Numbered from the stretch's first letter, positions 1 to 11,420 are shown. The stretch is 64,000 nucleotides of DNA from a virus (IMGVR_UViG_3300028377_000007:23041-87040); one strand, 5' to 3'. A program made the numbers and translations. The notes: generated by a model from the letters alone, not told the origin.

Positions 1-23
1 AAAGTCTTTTCAGGATAATAAGG

Positions 24-242
24 TTATTTTTTAGATTTTTTTCTCCTATTTTTCTTTGAGAACATCTTTGTTTCGATCCCGTTCTCTAGCTCTTCGATCA
101 CTACTCCTCCGAATGAATTAGCGTTTTGCTTTGCGTAATTGAAAGCAGAACCTCTTCCAAAGATCAAATCTAGATCTTTTGAATAACTGGCAACCAATTC
201 TTCGTGTTCGTTGTATACTTTGTATCTTAGTTTCTTGTTCAT
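24..242 (-). CDS. hypothetical protein
   Basis: 72-aa ORF co-oriented with neighbours. Confidence 0.6.
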   Translation of the reverse strand: MNKKLRYKVYNEHEELVASYSKDLDLIFGRGSAFNYAKQNANSFGGVVIEELENGIETKMFSKKNRRKKSKK

Positions 243-322
243 ATTTGTTTTTTAAAGTTCTTTGTATGATTCGTGTAATTTTAATGCTTTATAGGTTCTA
301 TGAATCTCTATAAATACTTTTT

Positions 323-1123
323 TCAAAACTTAAACTTAATAGGTTTGTCCAACAAGACCATGCCATTCGGCACTTTTACTTTTGGCGGTTCATTAAAATA
401 ACGACTGCTAACATGAGTGAGGATTGTATTTTTTGCGTCGATTTCATTGGCTTTATTAATAGCTTCACTTAAAGTATTATGGGTATTTCTTTCTTTGTCA
501 TCTGGATTAAGAAAATTAGCATCCTGAATGAACCAGTTACAACCATTAATTTCTTCAGAGAAGCCGCAATTATCCAAGGCATAAACAAAATCTGCAAATT
601 CATATTGTTCAGATATTTTTTCGCCAGAAGCCACGAGTCTTTTTATTTCGTGCTGATTACGATTTTTGTATTCTCTTTTTAATCTTGTACGCTTTTCATA
701 AATAATATACCCGAGGCTTTCTTTTGAGTGTCTTGTTTTAAAAGCTGTGATATAGTGTTTATTTGTTATATCTTGCTTGAAGTCTGGAAGGATTCCAACC
801 CATTTTACATGTTTGTTGAACTTGGTGAGCGTTTTAATTGCATCGATCTTTTCTTGCCCGTAAACACTAATCGGATAATAAATAGTTAGTTCTTTTTCTT
901 TGTCTCCACGAGCGGAAGTGCGAGAATTTAAAAATTGTGGAATTCCGCTTAAATGATCAGAATGTACATGGCTAAGGTAAAGACTATCCACCCCAAAGAT
1001 TTTATTTCTAAAATGAGTAGCAAAACCTTCTCCGCAATCAAACAAGGCTCGAAATGGTTTGTAATAGCACCAAGACGAATACCCGCCGATTGAGAAGATT
1101 TCTATGTTGTTGTTTTTGTTCAT
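323..1123 (-). CDS. rnz: RNase Z / metallo-beta-lactamase fold tRNA 3' endonuclease
   Basis: FDCGEG, SHVHSDH (HxHxDH), later H residues and ILTHVSSRY. Confidence 0.85.
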   Translation of the reverse strand: MNKNNNIEIFSIGGYSSWCYYKPFRALFDCGEGFATHFRNKIFGVDSLYLSHVHSDHLSGIPQFLNSRTSARGDKEKELTIYYPISVYGQEKIDAIKTLTKFNKHVKWVGILPDFKQDITNKHYITAFKTRHSKESLGYIIYEKRTRLKREYKNRNQHEIKRLVASGEKISEQYEFADFVYALDNCGFSEEINGCNWFIQDANFLNPDDKERNTHNTLSEAINKANEIDAKNTILTHVSSRYFNEPPKVKVPNGMVLLDKPIKFKF

Positions 1124-1291
1124 TTATCAATTTTTTCTATAGATTCTGTTGTATATATCGGAATGATAAATAACCACCAAGTTTTTACTTTAAACGTGAT
1201 AACAATTGATACCATCTAATTAACTGTTTTTTTTGCCTAGCGAATTATAATATTTTTTTATTATTTTTTCTGTTTTTTTTAATAATCATTT

Positions 1292-1531
1292 TTATATTTC
1301 TTCGTATAAAGATTTAATATAATCTTTGCGCTGTTTATTTAAAATATTTAAGGAAAAAAGCCCCAGTAAAATACCAGGGAGAAAAAAAGCTAGACCCAAA
1401 TAAGTTCCCTCCATAGATGCTGATATTACTATAAATAAAAAAAATAAAGTTATAAAAGAAGCTAAAAATGTATTCAATCTCCAATCTTCATAATCGAACT
1501 CAATTGCTATTTCTATTTTATTTGGATTCAT
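1292..1531 (-). CDS. small membrane protein
   Basis: two hydrophobic segments. Confidence 0.6.
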   Translation of the reverse strand: MNPNKIEIAIEFDYEDWRLNTFLASFITLFFLFIVISASMEGTYLGLAFFLPGILLGLFSLNILNKQRKDYIKSLYEEI

Positions 1532-2249
1532 TTGTTGGTTTTAGCCAGAGGCTTTTTACTTTGTCTTTGAAAAGGGAGTCTCTTAAATTTTTATATTCCT
1601 CAAGTTGGCACAATGTAGCGTGAGTGTCGAACAAAAAGCAACGAAAAAGTTCTTCTCTCACTCTTTCTTGGGAAACATTTTTTTCTAAAGCACCGCAATA
1701 ATATTTATCGCTCATACATTCTTTGATTTCGTTGGAAAGAAAAAAGCTTTTTGTGATAGCAAACCTGAAATATCTTAACAATCTAAGGTTATCCTCTTTG
1801 ATTCTTACTTTAGCAGAACCCACAGCATTAATTAAACTGTTTTTAATATCCTCTACCCCGTTAAAAGGATCAATGATTTCGCCATTCGATAAATCTACAG
1901 CAACAGCATTCATTGTCGCATCTCTACGCTTCAAATCCTCTTCAATCCTAGACGCCACCTTTACACTGTCTGGCCTTCTTGCATCGGTATAAGCTCCGTC
2001 CTTGCGAGCCATAGCAATATCTACAGATCCTAACTTTGGCAACTTGCAACGAACAGTTAGATATTCTGGTTTAGAAATAAAAACTTTGCCGCCGACTCTT
2101 TCAATTTCAGATTCTACTTCTGCGATTGAATCGCAAACCATACACAAATCAATATCCTTTGGCTTAGAATTTTCATTCATAATTTTATCCCTGACATAAC
2201 CGCCGACTATGTAAGTTGGATAATTAAAGCTTATATTTGGAATCTTCAT
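1518..2249 (-). CDS. cca: tRNA nucleotidyltransferase (CCA-adding / poly(A) polymerase family)
   Basis: VGGYVRD, KDIDL, DLKRRDATMNA, EDNLRLLR, VSQERVREE. Confidence 0.9.
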   Translation of the reverse strand: MKIPNISFNYPTYIVGGYVRDKIMNENSKPKDIDLCMVCDSIAEVESEIERVGGKVFISKPEYLTVRCKLPKLGSVDIAMARKDGAYTDARRPDSVKVASRIEEDLKRRDATMNAVAVDLSNGEIIDPFNGVEDIKNSLINAVGSAKVRIKEDNLRLLRYFRFAITKSFFLSNEIKECMSDKYYCGALEKNVSQERVREELFRCFLFDTHATLCQLEEYKNLRDSLFKDKVKSLWLKPTNESK

Positions 2250-2479
2250 TATAGTTTTTTTATCAATACAGACATATGATTAAAAATATAGTCTGATAAT
2301 TGTTCTTTTGTTACTAATAGGTATTTGTCCATTTCTGGATAATTTCTAAGCTCGACAGTGGTTGAACAGGTAAGCTTTGTCAAGTCTAAATCGTCTTTTC
2401 TACCAATAAAAAATACAAAGTTCTTTTTGTTTGTTGAATATTTGTGGAAGAATACTATTTCATCTTTTTCGAACAGCAA
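2249..2479 (-). CDS. hypothetical protein
   Basis: ORF translationally coupled to cca. Confidence 0.5.
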   Translation of the reverse strand: MLFEKDEIVFFHKYSTNKKNFVFFIGRKDDLDLTKLTCSTTVELRNYPEMDKYLLVTKEQLSDYIFNHMSVLIKKL

Positions 2480-2943
2480 ACCAGATTCTTCTTTCGTTTT
2501 TCGAATCGCCGCATCTTTCTCTGTTTCACCTTGTTCTATTTTTCCTTTTGTGAAACCCCCAAACTTCTCTTCCTTTGTTATCCTTAGAGAATGTAGAACG
2601 AGCTATTAGAAATTTATCTCCGCTTTTAACGATTATGCCGCATGATGTTTGTTTCGCCATTATTTTAAATTTTATTAAGCAAAAGGCATTGTGGGGCCAA
2701 TATAGGGCTCTTTATCAGTTTCTATCCTTTCTGGGTTATTTTTTTTGTCAATATATTCTTCGATTGTTTCGCAAAGTTTTTCATCATCTAAAATTTCCTC
2801 CATTTTTGATGTCATAAACTTCATGTAATCAGATAAAGATATTTTTAGGTTCTTTTTTTTCTCTTCTTATTGCTTGTGTGTGGGAAATTATGTTTTTATC
2901 AAAATTATCCCCCAGACTTAATCCTATTTTTTCTTTTCTCATA

Positions 2944-3441
2944 TTACTTCCTCTTGTATACTTTTGTGGGTTTTCCTCTCCCGCCCTTAATTTCTCTTGA
3001 TATAACCCAATCATCGCGCTTCATAAGTTGATTATAAATATAGGAATTACTTTTACCGTATTCTTTTGCTAGGTCTTTGATGGTAAATTCTTTGTCTGGT
3101 AATTCCATAATGAATTGATTTGTTACTCCAGAGATTTTTTTATTGTCCTCGAACTTTTTCTTTTTCAACTCTTCATATTTAATTTTTGCGCTTTCTATAT
3201 TCGGGTAAGTAAAACCATACGTTCCCCACAATTCATTGCTTGGATACATTTCTGCTGGTTCAACCTTGTTTCCTGCAATTTCATATCCATCATGTTTACT
3301 AATTTTGATTACTTCGAAGGCAATAAATTCATCGTTATCTTTCTTTCTTTGTTCATAGATTGCGACATCCCCCTCTCTTTTTACTTGTGTAAAAGTGAAT
3401 TGCCATTTTGTGATTTTTTTCTCTAGTATTTTGTAGTTCAT
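2944..3441 (-). CDS. hypothetical protein with C-terminal HTH-like region
   Basis: FTIKDLAKEYGKS...RGKPTKVY. Confidence 0.6.
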   Translation of the reverse strand: MNYKILEKKITKWQFTFTQVKREGDVAIYEQRKKDNDEFIAFEVIKISKHDGYEIAGNKVEPAEMYPSNELWGTYGFTYPNIESAKIKYEELKKKKFEDNKKISGVTNQFIMELPDKEFTIKDLAKEYGKSNSYIYNQLMKRDDWVISREIKGGRGKPTKVYKRK

Positions 3442-3448
3442 CGTTTTG

Positions 3449-4447
3449 TTATTTTACAATAAGAACTTTAGACGGTGTATTATTATCGCCGCGAGTTTTA
3501 TAATTGTTCTCATTCACAATTCCAAGGATTTGTTCTGAAACAAAAGGTGTCTTGAAATTCTTTTTGATTGTTTTGATCATGATTGAGCCAGCTTCTTTTA
3601 GCTTTCTATCGATATAGACGATCAATTTTTCTTGGCTATTTTCAACCTTCTTTTCTTTTGCCACAGGAGACTTGTTTTCTGGTTTTTCTTTGTTCAATTC
3701 TTTAATAATTTCATAACGGCAAACTCTGCACTTATGAAAAGTGGAATTATTTGGAACACTAACGGCGTCTGCTGGATTGAATCTTACAAGAATAAATTTA
3801 GTCCCCCATCCTTTCGCAAAGGAATAAGATCCAACATGTAGCCCCTCCGCGCAACTTGCGTCTGGATTATCAACGCAAGATAGTCTGCTGATTTCAATTG
3901 TGGAACCCACCTTATTGAGAATTTGGCCCTTTTCATTTGTTTCTCCTTGTAGTACAATAGTGTTTGGATTTCCCATAACACTATAATCGTTTTCTTTAAT
4001 CCCCTTGAATGCTACAACAAAACCATCTTCATCAATAACTAAATTATGATGTTCTAAAAATCCGTATAGTTGGTCAACACTATTCTTTGACGGATTCTTG
4101 ATCAAATGATTAACAAATTTCAAAAGATGTTTAATGTTTTTATTTCCGCTGTTATACTCAGCTACAATATAATTTGTAACATATGTATTCAACAAAATCC
4201 ATTTGTTGTTGATAAAGATTTCAAGACCACTTGCGGTAACTCTTGTGTTTTCGTATTCAAAAACCCCGCTTTCATCCTCTTTTTCGAAAATGGTGCCTTT
4301 TAATAGACTCGGAATAACATCATACTTTGCCTTTCTCAAAGCCATTAAAATGTTATCAAAGTTTTTATGAGATTTGTTGATAATGGTTTGCTCCCCATCA
4401 ATAAAAAGCGTGATTTGATTAGTGGTAATTGTGTGTAGTATTTTCAT
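3449..4447 (-). CDS. rIIB: rIIB-like protein
   Basis: NPSKNSVDQLYGFLEH, AFKG, CAEGLHVGS, VSVP...KCRVCRY; adjacent to rIIA. Confidence 0.85.
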   Translation of the reverse strand: MKILHTITTNQITLFIDGEQTIINKSHKNFDNILMALRKAKYDVIPSLLKGTIFEKEDESGVFEYENTRVTASGLEIFINNKWILLNTYVTNYIVAEYNSGNKNIKHLLKFVNHLIKNPSKNSVDQLYGFLEHHNLVIDEDGFVVAFKGIKENDYSVMGNPNTIVLQGETNEKGQILNKVGSTIEISRLSCVDNPDASCAEGLHVGSYSFAKGWGTKFILVRFNPADAVSVPNNSTFHKCRVCRYEIIKELNKEKPENKSPVAKEKKVENSQEKLIVYIDRKLKEAGSIMIKTIKKNFKTPFVSEQILGIVNENNYKTRGDNNTPSKVLIVK

Positions 4448-4493
4448 TGTTCGTGTATATTGAATTATTTCTCTTGGATTGTCAAATTTTTTC

Positions 4494-6663
4494 TTAGATA
4501 TTTAGGATTTTTTCTTTGTTTTTTCTTAGGTATTCGATGCTCCCAGATTTTTCAAAATCTATATACTTTAAAATCTCATATTTTTTAGATATGGATTCTG
4601 ATTGTTCTTTTAGGGCATCGTGCACGGATATTAAAGCTTTATGTATTTTATTCCCATTGATTTTTGGATACTCAAAAAACTTTTCTGTTGATATTTTTGA
4701 ATGCTTTAAATATGAATGATAACAATTTTCGCAATCATAAGAAAAGCTATAGTCCACACTTCTTTCGGATATTTCAATTTTTAATGGAGACTTGTCCTTT
4801 TTGATAATTGATTTATACAAAGAAAGACCAAACATTGAGCTATTTTCGTGGGAATAAATTCTAAAAGATGGGTGAGCATTAATAATAGATTTCCTGATAT
4901 CATACTTTTTGTGCTTAATTTCAGATTTGATCTTTTCATCTAGGTTAACCCAAGAAGATTCTAAGTCTTTGATGTCATTTTCTCTAATAATATAAATGTT
5001 TTTGATTTCAAAAGTAATTCTAGCGGTTTCGTATTCAAAAAACTCTAATCTAGCAGAGCTATTCTTTACAGAAAAATGCTTCGTTGGAATATAATACTTT
5101 TCCTCTAGTTCATCTAGTTCATCAATTTCATCTTCTGTTAATGGCTTTGAACATCTTCTATCTGAAACATCTGAGTACTTAAATTTAAAAAACTTAACCC
5201 CTGACTTTTTTTCCACCTTACTCAAGTTGCTAGCTTTTGCTCCTGTTCTTGTTTTTACTTCAAAACTCCAATTTGAAATATCTACAATCTCAATACCCAA
5301 TTTATCTTTCCCGCCAACAAGATTGATTAGGTTTTCCAACTCTTTTGGTTCTTTGATTTCAATATTGTCCTCTCTTGAATCAGATTCGATATTATCTTTG
5401 AATTTAGCTGCACTTCTTTTCCCTTCTATATTAATATATAGTTTCTCTATTTGGTCGAAGTGAATGCGGTCGGTGTTATCTGACTTTAAAACCCTTCCAT
5501 ACCCTCTGACTTTAGACCTAAAATAATAATTCTTTCCAGAAATCTTAAATGGGTGAAAAATATTCAAAAACACACCATTAAAAGAAAGTTCGTCATATAC
5601 TTTTCTATAGAATGGAAAAACTTTCTTAGATAATGCTAAAGCCTCTTTAAGCGTCTTTGTTGCGCTGATCTTTTTCGAATAATCCTCTACTAAATTATCA
5701 TATATTTTTAGAAAATAATTGCCAAGGTTAATTACAGTTTTCTTATCCAGCGTTAGGTTTTCTCTACTAGGAGGAAAAGAAACTTCTTTTGGTAAAACAT
5801 ACAAATGAATAGAAAAAGAGTTTAAAAGATCATCAATATTGTTATAATCTTTTTCGCTAAAAGAACTTTCTATTTTTCTGAGAAGTTCATGCTTATCAAA
5901 GTTATAGGCAATATTGGCCATGATAACTTTTTTCTGACCATCATTTTTTCTACGAATCTTATATTTAACTCCATCGCTCAAATCTTTTTCAAAATCAAAT
6001 TCAGGAATATGATCGTCAAAACTAAAAGAGGGATCATTTGTAATCACTGGCAACACAGAAAAGAAACTAAAACACTCTTTTGCTGTCCTATTAAAATAAT
6101 TTACTTCGCAATCACCGATTGAAAAAGAAATCTCTAATCCATTAGGTTGATCTGTATCGAATGTGCCGATGTTATAAACAGTATTATTGTTTTTATCATT
6201 AATTCTTACTTCATAGACGCCAAGCTTTCCATTTTGAAAAGTCTTAACAATAAAAGAGTCATTACCTTCGATTGCTAATGGGGCGAACCTACCAATCCCA
6301 AAACAACCAGCTTGATTTTCGCTTTGAAAATTATCCTCTCTTTTTGTACTTTTACCAAAGAGATTATATGCGGTATCCATTCTTTCAAACGAAATTCCGT
6401 TGCCAAAGTCTCTGATGGAACAAGTCTTATCTTCTAGAGTAGGAAGTTTAACATGAATTGGTTTATCTTGAATCCCAGAATCGAAGTGGGAATCCATAGC
6501 GTTTGTTGTGGTTTCTCTGATCGCCGCCAATTCTTTGTTGGAATAGATAAAATCCCTCAAAAGAGACGCCATATAACCGCTGTCCTCTGTATCAAAAGAA
6601 CAGTCCTTAGAACTGATTCCTTCGCTTGAGATAACTTTTTGCTTTGTGGTGATTACGTTCATT
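4494..6663 (-). CDS. rIIA: rIIA-like protein (GHKL ATPase N-terminus); start probably MNVITT
   Basis: IYSNKELAAIRETTTNAMDSH, IRDFGNG, STKR, GCFGIG, PSRENL. Confidence 0.85.
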
Positions 6664-6751
6664 TTTTGTTGATTAGTTGGTTTCCGATTTGATGCTGTCC
6701 ACAATGACAGGGAATCGGGGGTTGTCAAGCGTTTTTTCAACATTTATAATA

Positions 6752-7003
6752 TCAAGAATCTGGATCTGGATAACTGGGACAATCAATTGTAGGTATTTCA
6801 ACAGCCACGCAACCGCTAGACTCTTTGACGGGTTCGACATAGATTCCCGCTAACTTTTCAATATCACTTCTATAATAGCGTCTATGTCCGTCTTCTGTAT
6901 GGAATGGGGTTAATTTACCCACACGTTCCCAATTTCTAAGAGTTTTATCGGAGACTCCAAGGATGGATACGGCATCGCTGATTGATAGAATTTTCTTATC
7001 CAT
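6752..7003 (-). pseudogene. tnpA: truncated IS607 TnpA (MerR-type HTH only)
   Basis: near-identical to the TnpA N-terminus at 16940-17133 up to VEPVKESSG, then diverges. Confidence 0.8.
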
Positions 7004-7925
7004 TTTTGAATTCTTGGGGTAAAAAAGAAAATATATGGGCTATTACATCTACTGTCCAACCGTTACCTAGAGCGGCTTTAGCTTTGTTAATTTGAATCGG
7101 TGATGTATAATTATCTGGAATGGTTTGTAATCTTTCGTGCTCGATTCTGGTAGTCTTCCTAACCCCATTTTTTGTTAAAATTTTTGCTCCATGTGGAGCG
7201 GAATGCGAAAGGCATCCCATTTTACCATCGAGAAAATACGCCCTATAGTTTTGAGAATTATATCCCTTGTTTGTGCCGTCATATTGCCACGATATACCTC
7301 TCTTTTCGCCGTTTTGGTAAATATCTTGGTGGACAAACTCAAAATCCCCGCTCGTCTCAATAATATCCTTAATAGTAATTTTTTTGTCTATTAGAGGCAA
7401 AATATTACCTTCGATATTTGTCCAATAGAGACGTTTTCTTTTTTGAGCAGAAACTAAAGAAGAGTCTATTTCTATAGGAGTTGTATTTAAGTTGTCTGAG
7501 ATTATTTTTTGAAATTCTTTTTTCATCTTTACGTTCTCAAGCAAGAATTTAATATCTGGATTTTTTACTTTTAATTCATTGAGTAATCTAACAAATTCAA
7601 AAAATAATTTACTTCTAGGGTCCAGAAAATTTAATTGTTTGCCAGCAAAACTAAACCCCTGACAAGGCGACCCTGCAATTATTAAATCTATTTTAGGTAA
7701 ATTCTTAACATTAACATCAACAACCGAGCCTAATTGAATCGCATCTGGCCAGTTATGCTGAGTTACTTTAATTGCATGTTTGCCAATTTCGCTTGCAAAA
7801 TATTGATTGACTTTAATTCCTGCCCGATGTAGCGCAATTTGCCCACAGGAAATACCGTCAAACAAACTCAATACATTAATTCCTTTGTTATAATTTGGTT
7901 CAATTGGTTTGCTCATAATATTCAA
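6996..7925 (-). CDS. C5 cytosine DNA methyltransferase
   Basis: LSLFDGISCG, GSPCQGFS, LLENV, QKRKRLYW, LGNGW. Confidence 0.92.
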   Translation of the reverse strand: MNIMSKPIEPNYNKGINVLSLFDGISCGQIALHRAGIKVNQYFASEIGKHAIKVTQHNWPDAIQLGSVVDVNVKNLPKIDLIIAGSPCQGFSFAGKQLNFLDPRSKLFFEFVRLLNELKVKNPDIKFLLENVKMKKEFQKIISDNLNTTPIEIDSSLVSAQKRKRLYWTNIEGNILPLIDKKITIKDIIETSGDFEFVHQDIYQNGEKRGISWQYDGTNKGYNSQNYRAYFLDGKMGCLSHSAPHGAKILTKNGVRKTTRIEHERLQTIPDNYTSPIQINKAKAALGNGWTVDVIAHIFSFLPQEFKNG

Positions 7926-7937
7926 GAGATTTTTTTA

Positions 7938-8270
7938 TTATTTTCCGAAGATTTTTAATGTTCTTCCATCATCTTGCACAGAAAAATCAAAATTGTCAAG
8001 GTATTTTACCAATTCTCTGCTATTTTCTCCAATAAATTCTACGCGGGTGATTTTTTGTGGATCGAATTCAATGGTTTTGTCTGCTTCGATTTCATATTCC
8101 TCTGTTTTAGTGAAATAATTATATCCCTCTGTTCTAAGGGTTTGTATATAATCGTTTATTTCGCCGATATTAATATATCCCTTTGAGCATATTAAACTAG
8201 ATAACATCTTTTTTTCAATAATATCATAAAATCCGTAACTAAACTTGTATCTTTTTTCCTTCTTACTCAT
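7938..8270 (-). CDS. hypothetical phage protein (start probably MSKKEK)
   Basis: C-terminal SVQDDGRTLKIF. Confidence 0.55.
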   Translation of the reverse strand: MSKKEKRYKFSYGFYDIIEKKMLSSLICSKGYINIGEINDYIQTLRTEGYNYFTKTEEYEIEADKTIEFDPQKITRVEFIGENSRELVKYLDNFDFSVQDDGRTLKIFGK

Positions 8271-8421
8271 AATTCTTTTAAAATATAAATGTATTAAATA
8301 AAACCGCCAAACACAAGAAATGAAGCATCTGGTCAAATCCGACTATAACGAACCCCATATGATAAATAGTGCGCTGATAAAACCATATAAACATTTATAA
8401 AGAAAAAATATAAGTCTAAAT

Positions 8422-8973
8422 TCATACGTACAAATATTCATAAATTGATATTGCTTTTATTAACATTTCTTTTTCTTGCTTTTCTTTGTTTGATTCTATC
8501 TCTTTGAGTTCTTTGTTCAGTTTCCTTTCCAATTCTTTGTCTGGAATTTCACGCAACATTTCTAATCCGCCGTTTTTACATGCTTCAGTTTCCACAAAAG
8601 AAGTTTTAAATGTTTCACTCCAATCTTTTAAAGCTTTTTCACACTTTATTTCATTGTTGTTTCTACCGTTTTTTGCGTACTCATAAACTTCGTTTAGGAT
8701 ATTGCCATATAAATCCATATCTACCAAAACCCGATCAAAGATTTTATCCTGTTCTACTATTTGGATAATTGACCCGAAAACAAAGTCTGGAATTAATCCG
8801 CTCGTGTCGCAATAAGTATTATAGCGGATATATTTCTTTATCCATCTTTGCCTTGGAAAAATAAAATACTTTGCAGCGTAATAAATTTCCCTTGGATATA
8901 GAAAATAAAATCTTATTGCTCTAAAAAAATTAGAGGGTCTATTTGGTATATGGTGTTTCCAGTGTGTTTTCAT
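8422..8973 (-). CDS. hypothetical protein, paralog of 37253-37738
   Basis: shared PRQxWIKK...CD...I.DF.FG motif. Confidence 0.65.
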   Translation of the reverse strand: MKTHWKHHIPNRPSNFFRAIRFYFLYPREIYYAAKYFIFPRQRWIKKYIRYNTYCDTSGLIPDFVFGSIIQIVEQDKIFDRVLVDMDLYGNILNEVYEYAKNGRNNNEIKCEKALKDWSETFKTSFVETEACKNGGLEMLREIPDKELERKLNKELKEIESNKEKQEKEMLIKAISIYEYLYV

Positions 8974-9875
8974 TTATTTAATATTTTTAAAATTGCTTTG
9001 TCTTTTGCTTTAACCTCGCACTCCCATATAATTTGTGGGTTGTCAAGGATAATTTGTGGAATATTTGAAAAATAATCTACATGGGAACGAATTTTTCCAT
9101 TAGCACCACCCTCAGACCAATGAAAAATTGGTGTAAAATCTCTCCATGTTTTTAAAAAATAACCAAATAAGTCTGATGGTTTATTGCACTCGTTATGAAG
9201 ATTATCGAACGTCAAAGGCAAATCTTGGTTTGTTGTATGATTATAGTATTGCCAAAACTCAAACAACTTTTCCATATTCCAATAAGCCTTATCACAATTT
9301 TCAAGAACCAATCTTTTTTTAGCGCTATCAGATAGTTTATTTAAGTTGTTGACAAAAATATCAAACGCATCTTGAACACTTTCGAATGTTCCTGTTGGGT
9401 GAATATTGATAGGATTAGAATAATCTTGCGGCAAATCCAAGCAATCATGAATCCATCCATGCAATTCTAAATCAATAATAGAATTATTTATAATCTTATC
9501 ATCTTTATTAAACATTACTATGTATTGCGATGGGTGAGTGGACACAGTTATGTTATTTTGTTTTAAAAGTTTACCACATTTTGACAATAAATCTTTATAT
9601 AAAGAATAACTTTTTACTTCCTCCCATGAATCAAAGCATTGTTGATCTGTATAAGCGGGAAACAAAGAACTAGAAAGCCTATAGTGTTTTATGTTATTTT
9701 GTGCGCAATGTTTTATTATTCTTGATGTTACTTGTAGATTGTTTATTGTTCGATCATGCACAACTTTTTTAGCTTCTTCTCTCGGCAAAGATAAAAACCG
9801 TTTGCGGGTAATGGTTTGGAAAGAAAACCCTTTGTCTTTAAGAATTTCCGATATGCAACATAATCCTAATTTCAT
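8970..9875 (-). CDS. uvsE: UV damage endonuclease
   Basis: MKLGLCC, YRLSSSLFP, STHPSQY, LVLENCD, FDNLH, HWSE, EVKAKD. Confidence 0.92.
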   Translation of the reverse strand: MKLGLCCISEILKDKGFSFQTITRKRFLSLPREEAKKVVHDRTINNLQVTSRIIKHCAQNNIKHYRLSSSLFPAYTDQQCFDSWEEVKSYSLYKDLLSKCGKLLKQNNITVSTHPSQYIVMFNKDDKIINNSIIDLELHGWIHDCLDLPQDYSNPINIHPTGTFESVQDAFDIFVNNLNKLSDSAKKRLVLENCDKAYWNMEKLFEFWQYYNHTTNQDLPLTFDNLHNECNKPSDLFGYFLKTWRDFTPIFHWSEGGANGKIRSHVDYFSNIPQIILDNPQIIWECEVKAKDKAILKILNK

Positions 9876-9921
9876 GATAATTCTTTTATTTTTTCTGTGT
9901 TCATTTTATTATTTTTATTTA

Positions 9922-11007
9922 TTATTTTTTCAAAACTTGATATAGTAATTTTTTGTAATTTTCTTTTGTCAGCTCTTTTCCCTGCCTCAAACTAAAAACA
10001 AAGCCAGACCGATTTGTATCTCCCCATTTTTGAAATGTTTTTGCGGCAAAGGTTTTTTGATCTATTTCCTTATGATCCTGCACGAATTTTTTCATAAAGT
10101 CAACAATTTTTTTGACTTCTTTCCAACCGTCACAGATTCTAGAAATGCTTCCCTTCGTTTGTTCAGCAATTTCATAGTCTAAAGTATCAACAATTATTTG
10201 ATAAGCTTTATTATATTCTGGCATATCATGAGAAATCCAAAAATCAATAACCCTTTCAAAAGAACCGAGTTCTGATTTCATTCTATGTAAAGATAAATAG
10301 TGCTCGGCTTTTAGTTTTCTAATATCCTGGCCTTTATTACAATAAATACAAACTCCTTCCTTCCCTTCCCAAGAAGGTACGTCAGATAAAACATCTTTTA
10401 TGCTATTATAACTGTATGTTTTTGGGCGCTTAACTAGAATGTTATTTGCTTCTTCATCAATAATAAATTGTGATGCCATAGTATAATTCTCATGTTCTAT
10501 TATGCCAATTAAATAAAGTTCTGGCTCTTCTCCGTAGTCAAGTACAATCTTATTATTTGGAGTCACCCACTCATAAAGATAGGAGAGTTCAGAATTGATT
10601 TCAAAAGCTTTTGGATGCTTTTCTTTTAGATAATTTATTTCAAAACCGTTATCTAATTTTGTAGCATCAATTGTTCCTCTAGTTCTAACAATCAATTCAT
10701 TTTTATACTGCGAGACTATCAACGTAGAACCATCTATCTTTTCAATAATTTGGACCCCGCCGTTTGCAGTAGTAGAAAACGGAGTATAAGTTAATTCTGG
10801 TTGCTCTGAAAAGTTAAAGAATTTTTTAAATCCAGCGGAAATCAATTCACCATCAACATTCCAAATAGAAGATCTAAAAATTAGATTGTCTTTGGTCCAC
10901 TTTACACCTATATGTTTTGGGAAAATCAAAAAGCATTTATCGCCGCCAATTATTCCTTCTTTAAGAATAAAATCTGATAAATCATAGTCTGCTAAGTTTA
11001 TTTTCAT
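9922..11007 (-). CDS. RNA ligase, T4 Rnl1-like
   Basis: KKFFNFSE, EKIDGS, TRG, YEW, EGV. Confidence 0.85.
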   Translation of the reverse strand: MKINLADYDLSDFILKEGIIGGDKCFLIFPKHIGVKWTKDNLIFRSSIWNVDGELISAGFKKFFNFSEQPELTYTPFSTTANGGVQIIEKIDGSTLIVSQYKNELIVRTRGTIDATKLDNGFEINYLKEKHPKAFEINSELSYLYEWVTPNNKIVLDYGEEPELYLIGIIEHENYTMASQFIIDEEANNILVKRPKTYSYNSIKDVLSDVPSWEGKEGVCIYCNKGQDIRKLKAEHYLSLHRMKSELGSFERVIDFWISHDMPEYNKAYQIIVDTLDYEIAEQTKGSISRICDGWKEVKKIVDFMKKFVQDHKEIDQKTFAAKTFQKWGDTNRSGFVFSLRQGKELTKENYKKLLYQVLKK

Positions 11008-11023
11008 TTTGTGGTATTTTGAG

Positions 11024-11105
11024 TTATTTTAATCTTTCAACGCAAATATCATAATATTCTTTCTCTTTTTCAATCCCTATAAATTGTCTATTGAGATTAT
11101 TTCTT
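11024..11105 (-). pseudogene. C-terminal stub of an N4/N6 DNA methyltransferase
   Basis: translates as NLNRQFIGIEKEKEYYDICVERLK* with no start. Confidence 0.6.
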
Positions 11106-11108
11106 TTT

Positions 11109-11420
11109 TCATTTCTGTAATATTTCTAAATGGTATATACTATTAAATGTTTCAAAGATATATTCTTTATCTGATATTTTTTCTACATTTATAACGCATG
11201 AAGTACGAAAAATTCCGTCAACTTTTATGCCGTTTCTTTCTATTCTCTTGAGACAACAATGCTCATCTTTTTTGGGAATGCCAAGCGCATAACAAATAAC
11301 TTCGTAGCCAGACCAAATAGATTTTTCTGGATCGCTAAAGTCTTTATTTACATCCTTATCTGTTGAAGTCTCTACTGCGGGATTTTTTGACGCTGATTTT
11401 TTCTTAATTTTTACTATCAT
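11109..11420 (-). CDS. hypothetical protein
   Basis: ORF track. Confidence 0.6.
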   Translation of the reverse strand: MIVKIKKKSASKNPAVETSTDKDVNKDFSDPEKSIWSGYEVICYALGIPKKDEHCCLKRIERNGIKVDGIFRTSCVINVEKISDKEYIFETFNSIYHLEILQK

